A DNA stretch of 64,000 bases from Octopus sinensis (taxonomy: Eukaryota). Positions 42,367-55,031 of the stretch are shown piece by piece (the stretch's first letter is position 1; each line of letters begins with the position of its first letter). Where the stretch lies: assembly GCF_006345805.1 (NCBI RefSeq), contig NC_043008.1, positions 77,004,001 to 77,068,000 of the forward strand, written 5' to 3'. Position numbers and translations under genes: made by a program. Under the pieces are notes generated by a model. That model was not told the origin of the DNA and did not search any database. It saw only the letters and a program-made list of their open reading frames with translations.

Positions 42367-42529
42367 ATGTAATATGTAGTTAAATATGTTAGTGCGTATG
42401 TGCGTGTCTGTGTATTTAAGCATGTATGTTTGCGCGTATCTGTTTCTATTTGTATATCATTATTCAGTTTTATATCTATCAGGTCATCCCATAAGTTCTG
42501 TCCGAATTTTGAATAAAGAAAACAAGTGA

Positions 42530-43400
42530 TCAAATGTTATATTCAATTGAAATTTAATCATCAATGTACTTTTCCTGATTATCTACGACCTCCCCCCATC
42601 TATGTACAAGCTTTTTAATCCCATTAATGTAAAACTTTCAAAGCGAAGAACTCTGAATTGTCAGTTTCGACCTCCTCCTGGATTGCGAAAGTTATGTTCC
42701 CCAAATGATTCTGTAAACTATGAAACAAATGGTAATCTGAAGGAGCAAGGTCGGGAGAATAAGGTGGATGAGGAATTTTTTCCCAAACAAGCTCCTCTAT
42801 CTTCTGTAATGTGATCTTTGCAGTGTGGGGTCACGCATTGTCCTGATGAAACATCACTCATTTTCGATTCACTAAAGCGGGTATTTTTTTTCTTCAAAGC
42901 TTGGTTCAAATGCTCTAATTGCTAACAGTAGACTTGAGCATTGATTATTGCATTAGGTGGTAACAATCCAAAGTGAATTACTCCTTTGCAATCCCATTAG
43001 ATAAAGAGAAGAACCTTGTTCTCATGAAGTTCACATTCTCGGTTGTGGTTGAGCTTTTTCCCTTTACTAAACGTGTACGTGCAAAGACCGTTTTGCTGTT
43101 CTGCATTTCGATCAGGCCCTGTTGACAGTATTTCTGTGCCTGTAAAGTTTACCCCGAAATCGGCAACGCTGCTTGATACCACTGCTAGCCCACCGATTTC
43201 TGGAATTGTCCATCATCCCCAGGATGTCAGTTCCCTGGAATACACTGTTGATTGGTGTTGTCTACCATTAAACTTCTATAGAATACAATGGTTGATCTAC
43301 AACCGGCTACATTATTGCGGCAACTAGAGAAGAGTAAGTGTTTGGCAACAATCCCGATGATCAATCGTAGTCATCGCTTAACCCATTCTCTGCTGTTGTG
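42530..43400 (-). mobile_element. Mariner transposase remnant
   Basis: Minus strand KVLLFI*WDCKGVIHFGLL, FHQDNA*PH, HPPYSPDLAPSDYHLF and GIKKLVHRWGEVVDNQEKYID. Confidence 0.88.
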
Positions 43401-43814
43401 TTATTAGCGGTGATTGGTAGTTCTGAGTTCGAATTTCACCAAGGTTAATTCTAGCTTTCCTTTTTCCATGTTCTTTAAGCTATGGCTGCAACTACTTCAT
43501 TTCAGTTTGTCCTCTACTTTCCTGTCTCTGTACTAATGTAACAAACCATTATCTGGGAGTTAAGTTGATGTTACCTGTGCAAGAGAAAGAAAAGCTAGGT
43601 TTAAACCCAGATGGAGGTTGTTCACTATTTGCATTCATTACTTCTCGGACGAAGAAAGAAACCCGAGGATGCAGAGCAGATTAGTCACGTCACATTGTTC
43701 TACTCCCTGCTCCTTTCAAAAATATTTCATTGGCAGTCGCTATTACTGCTTCAGTCATCTTTGTACTGAACTATTACAAGGGAACATTATGCTATCGTTG
43801 TTGTCATATATTAA

Positions 43815-44325
43815 CTCATTATCATCATCGTCATCGTCATAGTCATCATCATTATCATCACAGTCACTAAAACCAACAATTCCCTCACTTGCATCACTAT
43901 CACCACCACCATCATCCCTATTACGATCAACAACAGCAACCATATCACCACAAATTTTACCTCCAACAACGCTACCACAGCTATCAACAAGAACATCACT
44001 ACTATCGCCAACACCACCACTACAATTTCTAACATTGCCACTACTACCCCCATCACTATCATCAACACCACCAACACCATTACCAACAGCAACATCACCA
44101 CTAACAACAGCAATATCACCACCAACAACCCCAGTAACAGTACTATCTTCGCCACAACGACAATCTTTAAGACTAACACATTGCCTACACTACCACCACA
44201 ACTAACACTACAACTAGTACGCCATCACCATCAATACAACTACCAACACGACCAATACAGCCATCAGCATAGCACAATCACAAATACCACCATCACCACT
44301 ACCACCCCCTACCATAATCATAAGT
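43815..44325. repeat. Cryptic trinucleotide low-complexity tract (CAC/CAA/CAT)
   Basis: Degenerate triplet repeats; produce V/L- or T-rich spurious ORFs. Confidence 0.85.
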
Positions 44326-44430
44326 CTCTGTAATGAATATGGTGCTTTAATACAGCCGATTCTGTGAAAGAAATCCAATTTCTCTAACATTTTCTTTGAG
44401 ATAAACATTAAAAAGTATGTGTGAGTGTGA

Positions 44431-44502
<72 letters not shown>

Positions 44503-44909
44503 TGTGTGTGTGCGTGAATGTATGCGTGTGTGTGTGAGAGAGAGTGGACGCGCGCGTATTTGCGTGGGCAGCTAATTATCTATGTGTATTGAAAAGAAAG
44601 TGATAGAGATCTATGAGAGCCTCCAGTTTAGTGTTTCTACCTAACTACTCCAACAAATGTAATCGTTAGTGATTCTCTTCAGGTGCTTCTTGTAGATCTT
44701 TGAGTACGAAAGCTGTCCGTCTAACTTAGTTTTCAACAGTTACTTCAGTTCTTAGCACTGAACAATAGATGAATGAGAAGCAGACTTGAAGAAGCGGCGA
44801 CCAGAAAACACAAAACAATCACAAAAAATACAGTATAAATACCACCAGTGTTTATTATCTGCCATCACTAAAGGTGACTACTTAGAATAACAGCAATTAT
44901 TCCACTGGC

Positions 44910-45065
44910 CCAAGGCCAGATATGTTGGGGGCGGCACACTCGATTAAATTTATCTCACCACTTGACTAGGATTTATTTTATCGAACCGGAGGCGAAGTCG
45001 ACCTCAGACAGATTTGAACTCAGAACGTTAAGGGCATAACTAACAGAACTATTTTTTCCGGCGCT
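44910..45065 (-). mobile_element. SINE family A, decayed
   Basis: ttattttatcga...aagtcgacctc...atttgaactcagaacgt is the reverse complement of the family A core. Confidence 0.7.
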
Positions 45066-45081
45066 CCTACATTAAACTGTC

Positions 45082-45150
<69 letters not shown>

Positions 45151-45619
45151 CGAGAGAGAGAGAGATTGTGTGTGCTAGCGCGCGCGTGTGTGTACATATA
45201 CACACATATATGTTGCTTTTTAACGACATGGCTAGATGTTTCAACACCTGTTTCCACGAAGAAGAACTCCATAGTGTTCTCCATAGACGTTTCAACGGAA
45301 GTTGAAACGTCTGGCGATGTAAGGAAAGAAGAAACTGCAATTATCGACTCAGTTTGTAAACATTGTGCTCTCTTTCTTTCATTGTAGATTACAACGATCA
45401 ACTGAAAGGAATTTCTTTCGTTCCCTTCCCATACGTATACTCAAACATGTGTTTGTATATGTGCGCGCGCGCATATTTGTGTGTGTGTGTGTGTGTGTGT
45501 GTTATAATATTTAACAGCCTAGACGCTATCCATACCTACCTCTTTCTCGCCAATAATGATCTTCCATTTTAAAAGATAGACGAGAACAGTTATGAGATGT
45601 GTAATATTTGTGTTCCACT

Positions 45620-45750
45620 TACGCCGAGGTCGACTTTGCTTTTCATCCTTTCAGAGTCGATAAATTAAGTACCAGTTGCATACTAGGGACGATCTAATTG
45701 ACTGGGCCCCTCCCCCGAAACTTCGGGCTTTGCGCCTAGAGTAGAAAAGA
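45620..45750 (+). mobile_element. SINE family A, 3' part
   Basis: gccgaggtcgactttgcttttcatcctttc...gataaattaagtaccagttg...gcctagagtagaaaaga. Confidence 0.85.
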
Positions 45751-46361
45751 ATATCTGTGTTCCACTATGAGGTAGGTTCGTAAATAAGTAGTGAAGACAA
45801 AGTACTCGATCTCTCCCCTTGCCCTTGTTAGCAATATATATGAAACTTTTACTTCAACTTCACAGAGGAAACACACGACAAAATACAAGTAAACTGTCAG
45901 TGTGTGTGTGTGTGTGTGTGTGGTGTGTGTGTGTGTGTGTGTGTGTGAAAGTGTGTATGTGTATGTGTGCGGGTGTGTGTGCGTGCGTGTCGCACGTTCT
46001 AAATCCCTTGAACTTTTGCGACATTGGCAGTTTCTTTACGTTCCTGTTCTCTAGCACCTTTGCAAACACCAAACCGTTTACTCACTCCATCACGAATAAA
46101 TGTGAACGTTCAGCACATATAATTATTAAACTAAACCTTTACTAAGTTACCAAATTTACCACGTTGATCCATCTCCGTTCATTTTTCTATTAACTTTCTT
46201 TTTTTTTTGTTTCTATTCTGCGTCTGTTTTCTTTTTCTCCATTCTTCAAGTAGTTTGACTTTTAGCCACAACTTCTGAAGACATCAAAACGACCAAAACT
46301 ATTGCTTCAGTCATTTCAATAGTTCACTCTTCGTCCCGGAATATCGTGTATTTAATTAGTG

Positions 46362-46543
46362 CATGCACACGTGACTGTTTGGTAAGAAGTTGGCTCCCCA
46401 GCCACATGGTTACGGGTTCAGTTCTACTGCGTGTCATCTTGAGCAAATGTCTTCCACTATAGCCTCGGGCCGACCAAAGCCTTCTGAGTGGATCTGGTAG
46501 GCGGAAACTGAAAAACCCTGTCGTATGTGTGTATGTGTGTGTG

Positions 46544-46606
<63 letters not shown>

Positions 46607-46805
46607 TGTGTGTGTGTGTGTGTATGCGTTTGTCCCCCACTGCCGCTTGACAACTGGTGATGGTTACTTAGTAGTTCGGCAAAAGTGACCAATAGAGGAA
46701 ACACCAGACTTAAAAATAAGTACTATGGTTGATTCGTTCCACTAAAAGTTCTTCAAGGCGGTGCCCCAGCATGATCGCAGTCTAATGACTGAGACAAGTA
46801 AAAGA
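46362..46805 (+). mobile_element. SINE family B, near full-length with internal (GT)n
   Basis: Head with gggttcagttc, CORE-like cttgagcaaatgtctt, internal (GT)n, tail gcagtctaatgactgagacaagtaaaag. Confidence 0.85.
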
Positions 46806-48392
46806 AAAGATTAAAGATACCCTTGCTCCCACAAACACACATTCTTACACACATTCAGTCACACACACACACATACACTTCGACTCGCTCAAAGATATTT
46901 CTTGATTGACCGTCTCGACCGATCCCTTTTTATGTGAAATTCTGATCTGTAGAAAAACTGTATCGCTGTGGCAATAAAAACTAATGCTGTCCAACTGAGA
47001 TGGGTGATGAATTGTGGACAGGTGGTGGCATATTTTAGTCTATTCTGTTATATCTCCACCATATACACAGAACCTATGAAACAATAGTTTGACCTGTTCA
47101 GCACTTGCTCCGCTTTCTTCCCTGAATCAACAATTAAACAAGGTGCAGCATGACGTCAAGTGTTTGGCGATATGAGCTGTGACTTGTACGAAGAGAGTCA
47201 TATAGCAAACGTTGGTGAGGACACGAATTAGAACATAGTTAACCTTGCTCTAATATCACTGACAGTAAAATAGCAATGTCCTTGAAAAATTTTCTATTGT
47301 GTCAAGTGGCCTTCTTGACCTCTAGAACAATGACTGAATAAACATTTATTCTTCGCCTCAAATTTGGCTGCATTCGTCCTCTCTTCCTCCCATCCTAATA
47401 TCTATTCCTCTTACTCCCATTCTTTCTATAATTTATTCTTTTATTAGCCACAAGGACTCATATACGCAAACATTAGTGACACACAGCAGCATAAAAGACA
47501 AAAACAGAACGATACAATGGGTTTTCTGCGTGTACACAATGTAATAACATTCGTCAGTCGAAAACTACCAAAATCAACTTCACTGTTTCCTCCATTTTCC
47601 ACGTTAAAAACTTGTACACAACATCTACTGGGGTGAATTTCATTTCTTCACACTAAATTGTCTGCAAATGCTGAGGAGTCAAATAAAGTACGTACTTAAT
47701 ATTTAAAACATCTACTGGTTTCGAATACATGCCTGACGTATTTTATCGAAGCCAGATGGACAAAAGACGAAAATGACTCCACAGTGATTTGATATCAGAA
47801 ATTAAAATGATGAAACTGAAAGTTGTAAGGTCTTTGGTGCTCAGGCATAGACAAATAAAAATAACTAAAAAATATATCCAGTTGGGTGTTCTACACTTTC
47901 CCTGTCGATTTCATTCTCCACATAAAAACATATTGTTATTACGGTAGAATGTGAAACTTTCTTTAAAATCTATCAGCTGATGCTTTTGGCATTTTGATAA
48001 GTGCAATTTACGCCAATTTCTTGTGCACTCAACTCATTACATGATGAAAAACGATATCTTCGATTGGCAATTGGTGGTTACGTGATTTCAGAGGGAGACT
48101 TGGTTTTCAATACTTAAAATATAATATACTCAGAACATAATTGATATTCTTTTATATCATGACTGTTTAGTATTTCTCAGTCACCTTTCTCTGTTTCCTT
48201 GGTAGAAGATACTTCACTTTCACCAGCCAACTGCGAGAACTACATTTATGGGAAAATATCATGGCCCCTGAATGTTCAAAGAGTCGTTAGTTTCCACTCA
48301 TATGTAAAATCTGCAAACAGCTCTTGGTTTTAAAGCCTTCTCTTTATGTATGTGTGTGTTTGTAAGTCTATACACACATAGACAAACATATA

Positions 48393-48461
<69 letters not shown>

Positions 48462-48464
<3 letters not shown>

Positions 48465-48790
48465 AGAATGTGGGTCTATCTGTCATTGTGTGTCTGTGTG
48501 TTTGTGTTTGATTGTGTGTTGTGTGCTGTATGTGTGCATCACTAAAACTAGAGAGCTACTCAATCGATTTCATTCAAATTTTACACATGCCTTACTTAGG
48601 ATCCATGGAGTGTCGTGGGACCCAAAAAGTTTCAGCTTCTTGCCTAATGCGGGCCCAGGGCAATCTCTTATATCCTACACTGTATCGGTGTTATGTGTCG
48701 AAAGTGAAACAATAATGTCTCTATTGTAATGTGATATAATACGTTCACTATTATATTGTTTCAATTTCAATTACTTTCACTACATATTTA
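48462..48790 (-). mobile_element. Helentron/DINE-like family C end (other copies 51440-51709 +, 57625-57890 -)
   Basis: gtgtgcatcactaaaact..aga.ctactcaa.cgatttcattcaaattttac recurs at 57662 and in reverse complement at 51600-51655. The family assignment is inferred. Confidence 0.6.
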
Positions 48791-48808
48791 TGCATATGCT
48801 TGTATATG

Positions 48809-48884
<76 letters not shown>

Positions 48885-48951
48885 ATATAGACAGATAGAT
48901 AGATAAATAGATAGATAGATAGATAGATAGATAGAGATAGATGATAGATAG

Positions 48952-49004
<53 letters not shown>

Positions 49005-49595
49005 GGAAAAGATGCGTGGCGTTCGACCATATAAAAATATAAATAATATATAAATATATGCATATATACATACATATATATACATACTTACATCTATATG
49101 TATATATACATGCACATATGGGTATAGGACATTAAAAAAAACGTTGAACACAATGAGAAACGAAAACAAATGCAAAAACATGGAAACGAACTATACATAA
49201 ATATATACGTATATATATATGTGAGTGTGTATGTATGTATATCTTTGTGTATATATATATATATTTATATATGCATTTACACATATATATGTATGTATAT
49301 ATATGCATGTATATATATATATATATAATATATATGTGCATTATATATATCAATAATAATAATGGGTAAAATTAAATAATTAATTAATAATTAATAATTT
49401 TACCAAGTAGTTTGGCATGTTAAAAGAACCATTATCGGTAAACTTAAACAAATTCGTTATTTTATTTCTCTTTGCCTACGTATGGTAGAGAAATAGCTAG
49501 TTTTGGCTGATATTTCTAAATTTCGGTATGTGGTGAAGCAAATTTTTTGCTGAACCCTAATTATAGTTATACTCATAATTTTAAGAATTTTTGCT

Positions 49596-49996
49596 TACTC
49601 TTTTACTCATTTACTTGTTTCAGTCATTTGACTGCGGCCATGCTGGAGCACCACCTTTAGTCGAGCAAATCGACCCCGGGACTTATTCTTTGTAAGTCCA
49701 GTACTTATTCTATCGGTCTCTTTTTGCCGAACCGCTAAGTGACGGGGACGTAAACACACCAGCATCGGTTGTCAAGCAATGCTAGGGGGACAAACACTGA
49801 CACACAAACACACATACATATATATATATACATATATACGACAGGCCTCTTTCAGTTTCCGTCTACCAAATTCACTCACAAGGCATTGGTCGGCCCCGGG
49901 GCTATAGCAGAAGACACTTGCCCAAGATGCCACGCAGTGGGACTGAACCCGGAACCATGTGGTTGGTTAGTAAGCTACTTGCCACACAGCCACTCC
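49596..49996 (-). mobile_element. SINE family B, full-length
   Basis: Reverse complement of the 51967-52365 copy along its whole length. Confidence 0.92.
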
Positions 49997-50059
49997 ATAT
50001 ATATATAGATATTATAGATATATATAAATAGATATTATATATATATTATAGACATAATA

Positions 50060-50614
<555 letters not shown>

Positions 50615-50616
50615 AC

Positions 50617-50674
<58 letters not shown>

Positions 50675-51439
50675 ATGGACTTCTTTCAGTTTCCGTCAAC
50701 CATTATGTATGGGTATATATATATATAATATATATATATATATACACATATAATTTTATCAAGGGAGCTAGGGAGAAAACGACCTGTCTCCAGCATACTT
50801 GAAGAGCCGATACCTTAAAAAAAAATTGCCAAACACTCCAGCAAAAAATATACACGTCGCTGAAAGCGGGCTAGTGAGAGAAAATTAAAAAGACTTCACG
50901 TTAAAATGTGAATTGATTCCAGTTTCTGGATTAAAGCAAAAAATAAGCCTTTTTCGTTCGTCAAGACAATACACGGGGGTGGGGATATAAGTCCAAATAA
51001 TTGTACATACCGTCCAAAGCAAGTTCAGACGTCTACATACAAATATTTGCACGTATAGATCCAAGGAAAGTCAATTTTAAATTCTTTCACGAAAGCCAAC
51101 GTGTATATAATTGGAATAGTCAAGCAGCAAATGATCTTCCGGTCACGAGTTAAAATAATTAAATTTTATTTAAATTATTTATTAATTCATAAAAGAATAC
51201 AAGGATAAAAATCACGTTAATGATTTTTATCGAGTAGTCAGCATCCTATAAAAATTTATAGACAATACATTAAATTAATAAGGTACAAGTGTATATAATT
51301 ATATCAAAGGAGCACGTTAATTGTGTAGTGTATATATATATGTATGCATGTATATATGTAATGTGAGATAAGAATTTCACTTTTAATAATTTCAGTATTA
51401 ATAGTTTCACTATGTATATATTACATACATAGTGAAACT

Positions 51440-51709
51440 ATTAAAATTGAAACTATTATCTCACACTAGAATAGAAATATTATTGTTTCACTTTTGACAT
51501 GTAATACTGAAACAGTCTAAAAGATTGCTCTGGGCTCGCATTAGGCAAGAAGATGAGAATTTTTCGGCCCATCATGCTCTTTGGACCCTAAGTAGTGTAT
51601 GTGTAAAATTTGAATGAAATCGGTTGGGTATTTCTCGAGCTTTAGTGATGCACACACTCAGACACACAGAAACAGACACACACATACATTCTCAGTTTCA
51701 TATATATAG
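51440..51709 (+). mobile_element. Helentron/DINE-like family C end
   Basis: aaaatttgaatgaaatcggttg...tttagtgatgcacac...cagtttcatatatatag. Confidence 0.6.
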
Positions 51710-51710
51710 T

Positions 51711-51748
<38 letters not shown>

Positions 51749-51966
51749 TGTGTATATATATATTTATACTAACCTCATTATATTTTCGCTAAATGATACT
51801 TCCATTGTGAAGTGGCTTTTAGAGTTAATTTTGACTCTTATTTTTAGCAATCGCTGGCACTATTTTGCACCCTTTATTTATTAATTTCTTTGGGGTTTTT
51901 AATTGCTAGCGTTTAATATATCTTAATATATTAGTATATTATTATAGTATTTTTGTGTGTGTGTAA

Positions 51967-52364
51967 GGAGTGGCTGTGTGGTAAGTAGCTTGCTAACCAA
52001 CCTCATGGTTCCGAGTTCAGTCCCACTGTGTGGCACCTTGGGCAAGTGTCTTCTGCTATAGCCCCGGGCCGACCAATGTCTTGTGAGTGGATTTGGTAGA
52101 CGGAAACTGAAAGAAGCCTGTCGTATATATGTGTATATATATATATATATGTGTGTGTATTTGTGTGTCTGTGTTTGTCTCCCTGGCATTGCTGGTGTGT
52201 TTACGTCCCTGTCACTTAGCGGTTCGACAAAAAGAGACCGATAGAATAAGTACTGGGCTTACAAAGAATAAGTCCCGGGGTCGATTTGTTCGACTAAAGG
52301 CGGTGCTCCAGCATGGCCGCAGTCAAATGACTGAAACAAGTAAAAGAGTAAAAGAGAGTAAGAG

Positions 52365-52365
<1 letters not shown>
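51967..52365 (+). mobile_element. SINE family B, full-length
   Basis: ggagtggctgtgtggtaag head, gagttcagtccc B-box, CORE-like box, tail gactgaaacaagtaaaagagtaaaagag. Confidence 0.92.
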
Positions 52366-52395
<30 letters not shown>

Positions 52396-52732
52396 GGTGG
52401 ATATCAGTAATTTAAAACCAACTAGAAAATAATTCACTGTCACTAAGAGTGACATGTGTGCAGTGAGCACTAGCATTGCTTGAAATAAGTGTCATAGACT
52501 CCTCAGCCACAAAAAGCACATTTTGACAGGGGAGAAAACATCCCACAGTAAGCGAGATGCATTAGATTAGCATGAAAATTTCGTATAGGAAATTAATACT
52601 CATCAGTAATGCTCACTGCGGTGTTGGAGACATGCTTCCTGGAAATTTTGACGTGCTGACTCATAAAATGAAATTCATTGTTCTCTATTACGTCAAGATT
52701 TTTTATACACACACACATATATATACATATAA

Positions 52733-54995
52733 AGGAAGCACCCGAAATCTCTCCAATCTGAACTTCCACAAAACAGATTGGAAATCGATCCAAAAAGAGA
52801 TCCTCAGAGAGGACTGGCCGGAATGTCTCTCCACACCAGACATTGATATGAAACTAGAATGTTTCATGTCTTCTGTGCAAGCCGTATGCCAGAAATATGT
52901 CCCAGAGCACAAGGCCAAAACAAATAGGAGCAAGATTCCAAGAGACAAGAAGATCCTCATGAGAGGACAGACGAAGGTTGCAAATCGTCTCAACCAACAT
53001 CCCAAAAGTAGCGAAACGTCCCGCCTAAAAACAACACTGATGGAGATCGAAAAAAGGCTGCAACAATCCTATGTGAGGGAGAAAGCAGACAAAGAAGCCT
53101 GGGTTATAAAAACATTAAATCAAACCCAAAGGCCTTCTTTCATTACACGAAAGAAACAGTCTCAGTGCCCTACAAGATAGGACCCCTCCTCCAAAAGGAT
53201 GGCGCCCTCACAGACAGTCCAACTATGATCAGTGAGATGCTGAATGACCAGTTCAAAAGTGTCTTTACCACCCCGTTGGAACACAGACAAGTGAACGAAC
53301 CAGTGGACTTCTTTGCCACCTCACCTATAACTAGCGAGGCGGTTACAATAGAATGTATTGACATTAGCGAAGAAGATGTCTTACAAGCCATAGATGAAGT
53401 GGACACAAACTCAACTGCTGGTCCAGATGGTTTCCCAGCAATCCTCCTCAAAGCGTGTAAGCATGCCCTGGCAAAACCCCTCAAGATTCTCTTCCAGAGC
53501 TTTCTTACAAATGGCAAACTGCCAAGCAAGCTGAAGGAGGGAATAATATGCCCAATACATAAAGGGGGAAGTAGAGCAGATGCCAAAAACTATAGGCCTA
53601 TCTCTCTGACTTCACACATCAGCAAAGTCATGGAACGGATAGTCAGAAAGAAACTAATCACTTTCCTTGAGGAAAATAACTTGCTGAGTGATACCCAGTA
53701 TGGTTTTCGACCAGGTAGGAGCTGCCTGACCCAGCTCTTACAACATTATGACTGGGTGTTGAAGCAGTTACTCAACAAATCAAATGTGGACGTAATCTAC
53801 CTTGATTTTGCAAGAGCTTTTGACAAGGTGGATCATGGTATGATATGCCACAAACTACGTGACCTCGGCATAGCTGGAAAACTTGGAGTGTGGTTACATG
53901 ACTTCCTGAAAGATAGGAGTCAGGCAGTAGTGGTTAATGGAGCCACCTCTATGAACACACAAATAGTGAGTGGTGTTCCACAGGGCACTGTCTTGGGACC
54001 ACTGCTTTTTATAGTGGCCCTCTCAGATATGCCCTCAAATGCCCGGATAGCAACTCTGGCAAACTATGCAGACGATACGAAAGTCTCGCAGAAAATACAG
54101 AACTCCAGCGATGTTGCAAACCGGCAGCAGGAGTTGGGCTCAATCTACAGATGGGCTGAGGATAATAATATGCAGTTTAATGCTGAAAAATTCCAGGCCC
54201 TGCGCTACCAGCATCCAAAACTGAATATTAAACTTACAGGATACACTGGTCCACAGGGAATTTCAATCCCAGAGCCTAAGTCTGTGAGGGACCTGGGTAT
54301 CGACATGAGTGAGGATACCTCTTTCCAAGTGTACATTACCAGGATGGCGACAAAGTGCAGACTACTGGCTGGGTGGATCCTAAGAACATTCAGAACCAGA
54401 GATAAGGAAACCATGATGGTCCTCTGGCGGACATTCGTCCTCAGCCGCCTGGATTACTGCTCACAGCTATGGTCACCCACCAGTGTGAAATTAACAGCGG
54501 ACCTTGAAGCAATCCAGAGAAGATTCACAAAAAAGATCGTCTCTTTGCAACAGCTCAGCTACTGGGAAAGGTTGAAACAGCTAAGACTCAACACCCTGGA
54601 GAGTAGACGGGAGAGGTATGCTGTAATATATGTCTGGAAGATCCTGAAGGAATTGTGCCAAATTTTGGCATTGTAAGCTACACCAATGCTAGAACGGGAC
54701 GACACTGCATAGTGCCAAAGATCCCAGCAATGCCATCACGCTTCAGGACCAGCTACTGCAACAGCCTGGGTTTCAAGAGCCCACAGCTTTTTAATATTCT
54801 CCCAAAGAGTCTGAGGAGCTTGCACAAAGTAGATGTAGCTGTTTTTAAATGAAAGCTGGACATCTCTTCCTGTCGAGAGTCCCAGGTGCAAATGAGAGTA
54901 GTTATATCAAACTCCATTCTTCACCAAGTGCCTCATATTAGAGGAGGCTCTTCGTAATAACAGTGTAGCACAAAACGGCGGTGCATCAGCAAGAA
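52733..54995 (+). mobile_element. 5'-truncated CR1/L2/Jockey-group LINE (ORF2 linker, RT, 3' end), relatively young
   Basis: GC-richer block; coding continuity across ORFs 52572-53180, 53165-54676 and 54655-54852 with frameshifts near 53110 and 54650; no endonuclease domain present. Confidence 0.93.
53165..54676 (+). CDS. Non-LTR retrotransposon reverse transcriptase (internal open segment of a frameshifted ORF2; start codon not genuine)
   Basis: AGPDGF, NYRPISLTSHISKVMERIV, QYGFRPGRSC, YLDFARAFDKV, GVPQGTVLGPLLF, YADD, RDLGI, LDYCSQLWSP. Confidence 0.9.
   Translation: MPYKIGPLLQKDGALTDSPTMISEMLNDQFKSVFTTPLEHRQVNEPVDFFATSPITSEAVTIECIDISEEDVLQAIDEVDTNSTAGPDGFPAILLKACKHALAKPLKILFQSFLTNGKLPSKLKEGIICPIHKGGSRADAKNYRPISLTSHISKVMERIVRKKLITFLEENNLLSDTQYGFRPGRSCLTQLLQHYDWVLKQLLNKSNVDVIYLDFARAFDKVDHGMICHKLRDLGIAGKLGVWLHDFLKDRSQAVVVNGATSMNTQIVSGVPQGTVLGPLLFIVALSDMPSNARIATLANYADDTKVSQKIQNSSDVANRQQELGSIYRWAEDNNMQFNAEKFQALRYQHPKLNIKLTGYTGPQGISIPEPKSVRDLGIDMSEDTSFQVYITRMATKCRLLAGWILRTFRTRDKETMMVLWRTFVLSRLDYCSQLWSPTSVKLTADLEAIQRRFTKKIVSLQQLSYWERLKQLRLNTLESRRERYAVIYVWKILKELCQILAL

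Positions 54996-55030
<35 letters not shown>

Positions 55031-55031
<1 letters not shown>

Noticed and set aside
43811-44408. Mucin-like or multi-pass membrane protein exon
   Set aside because: Cryptic triplet low-complexity DNA with frame shifts and no supported splice structure.
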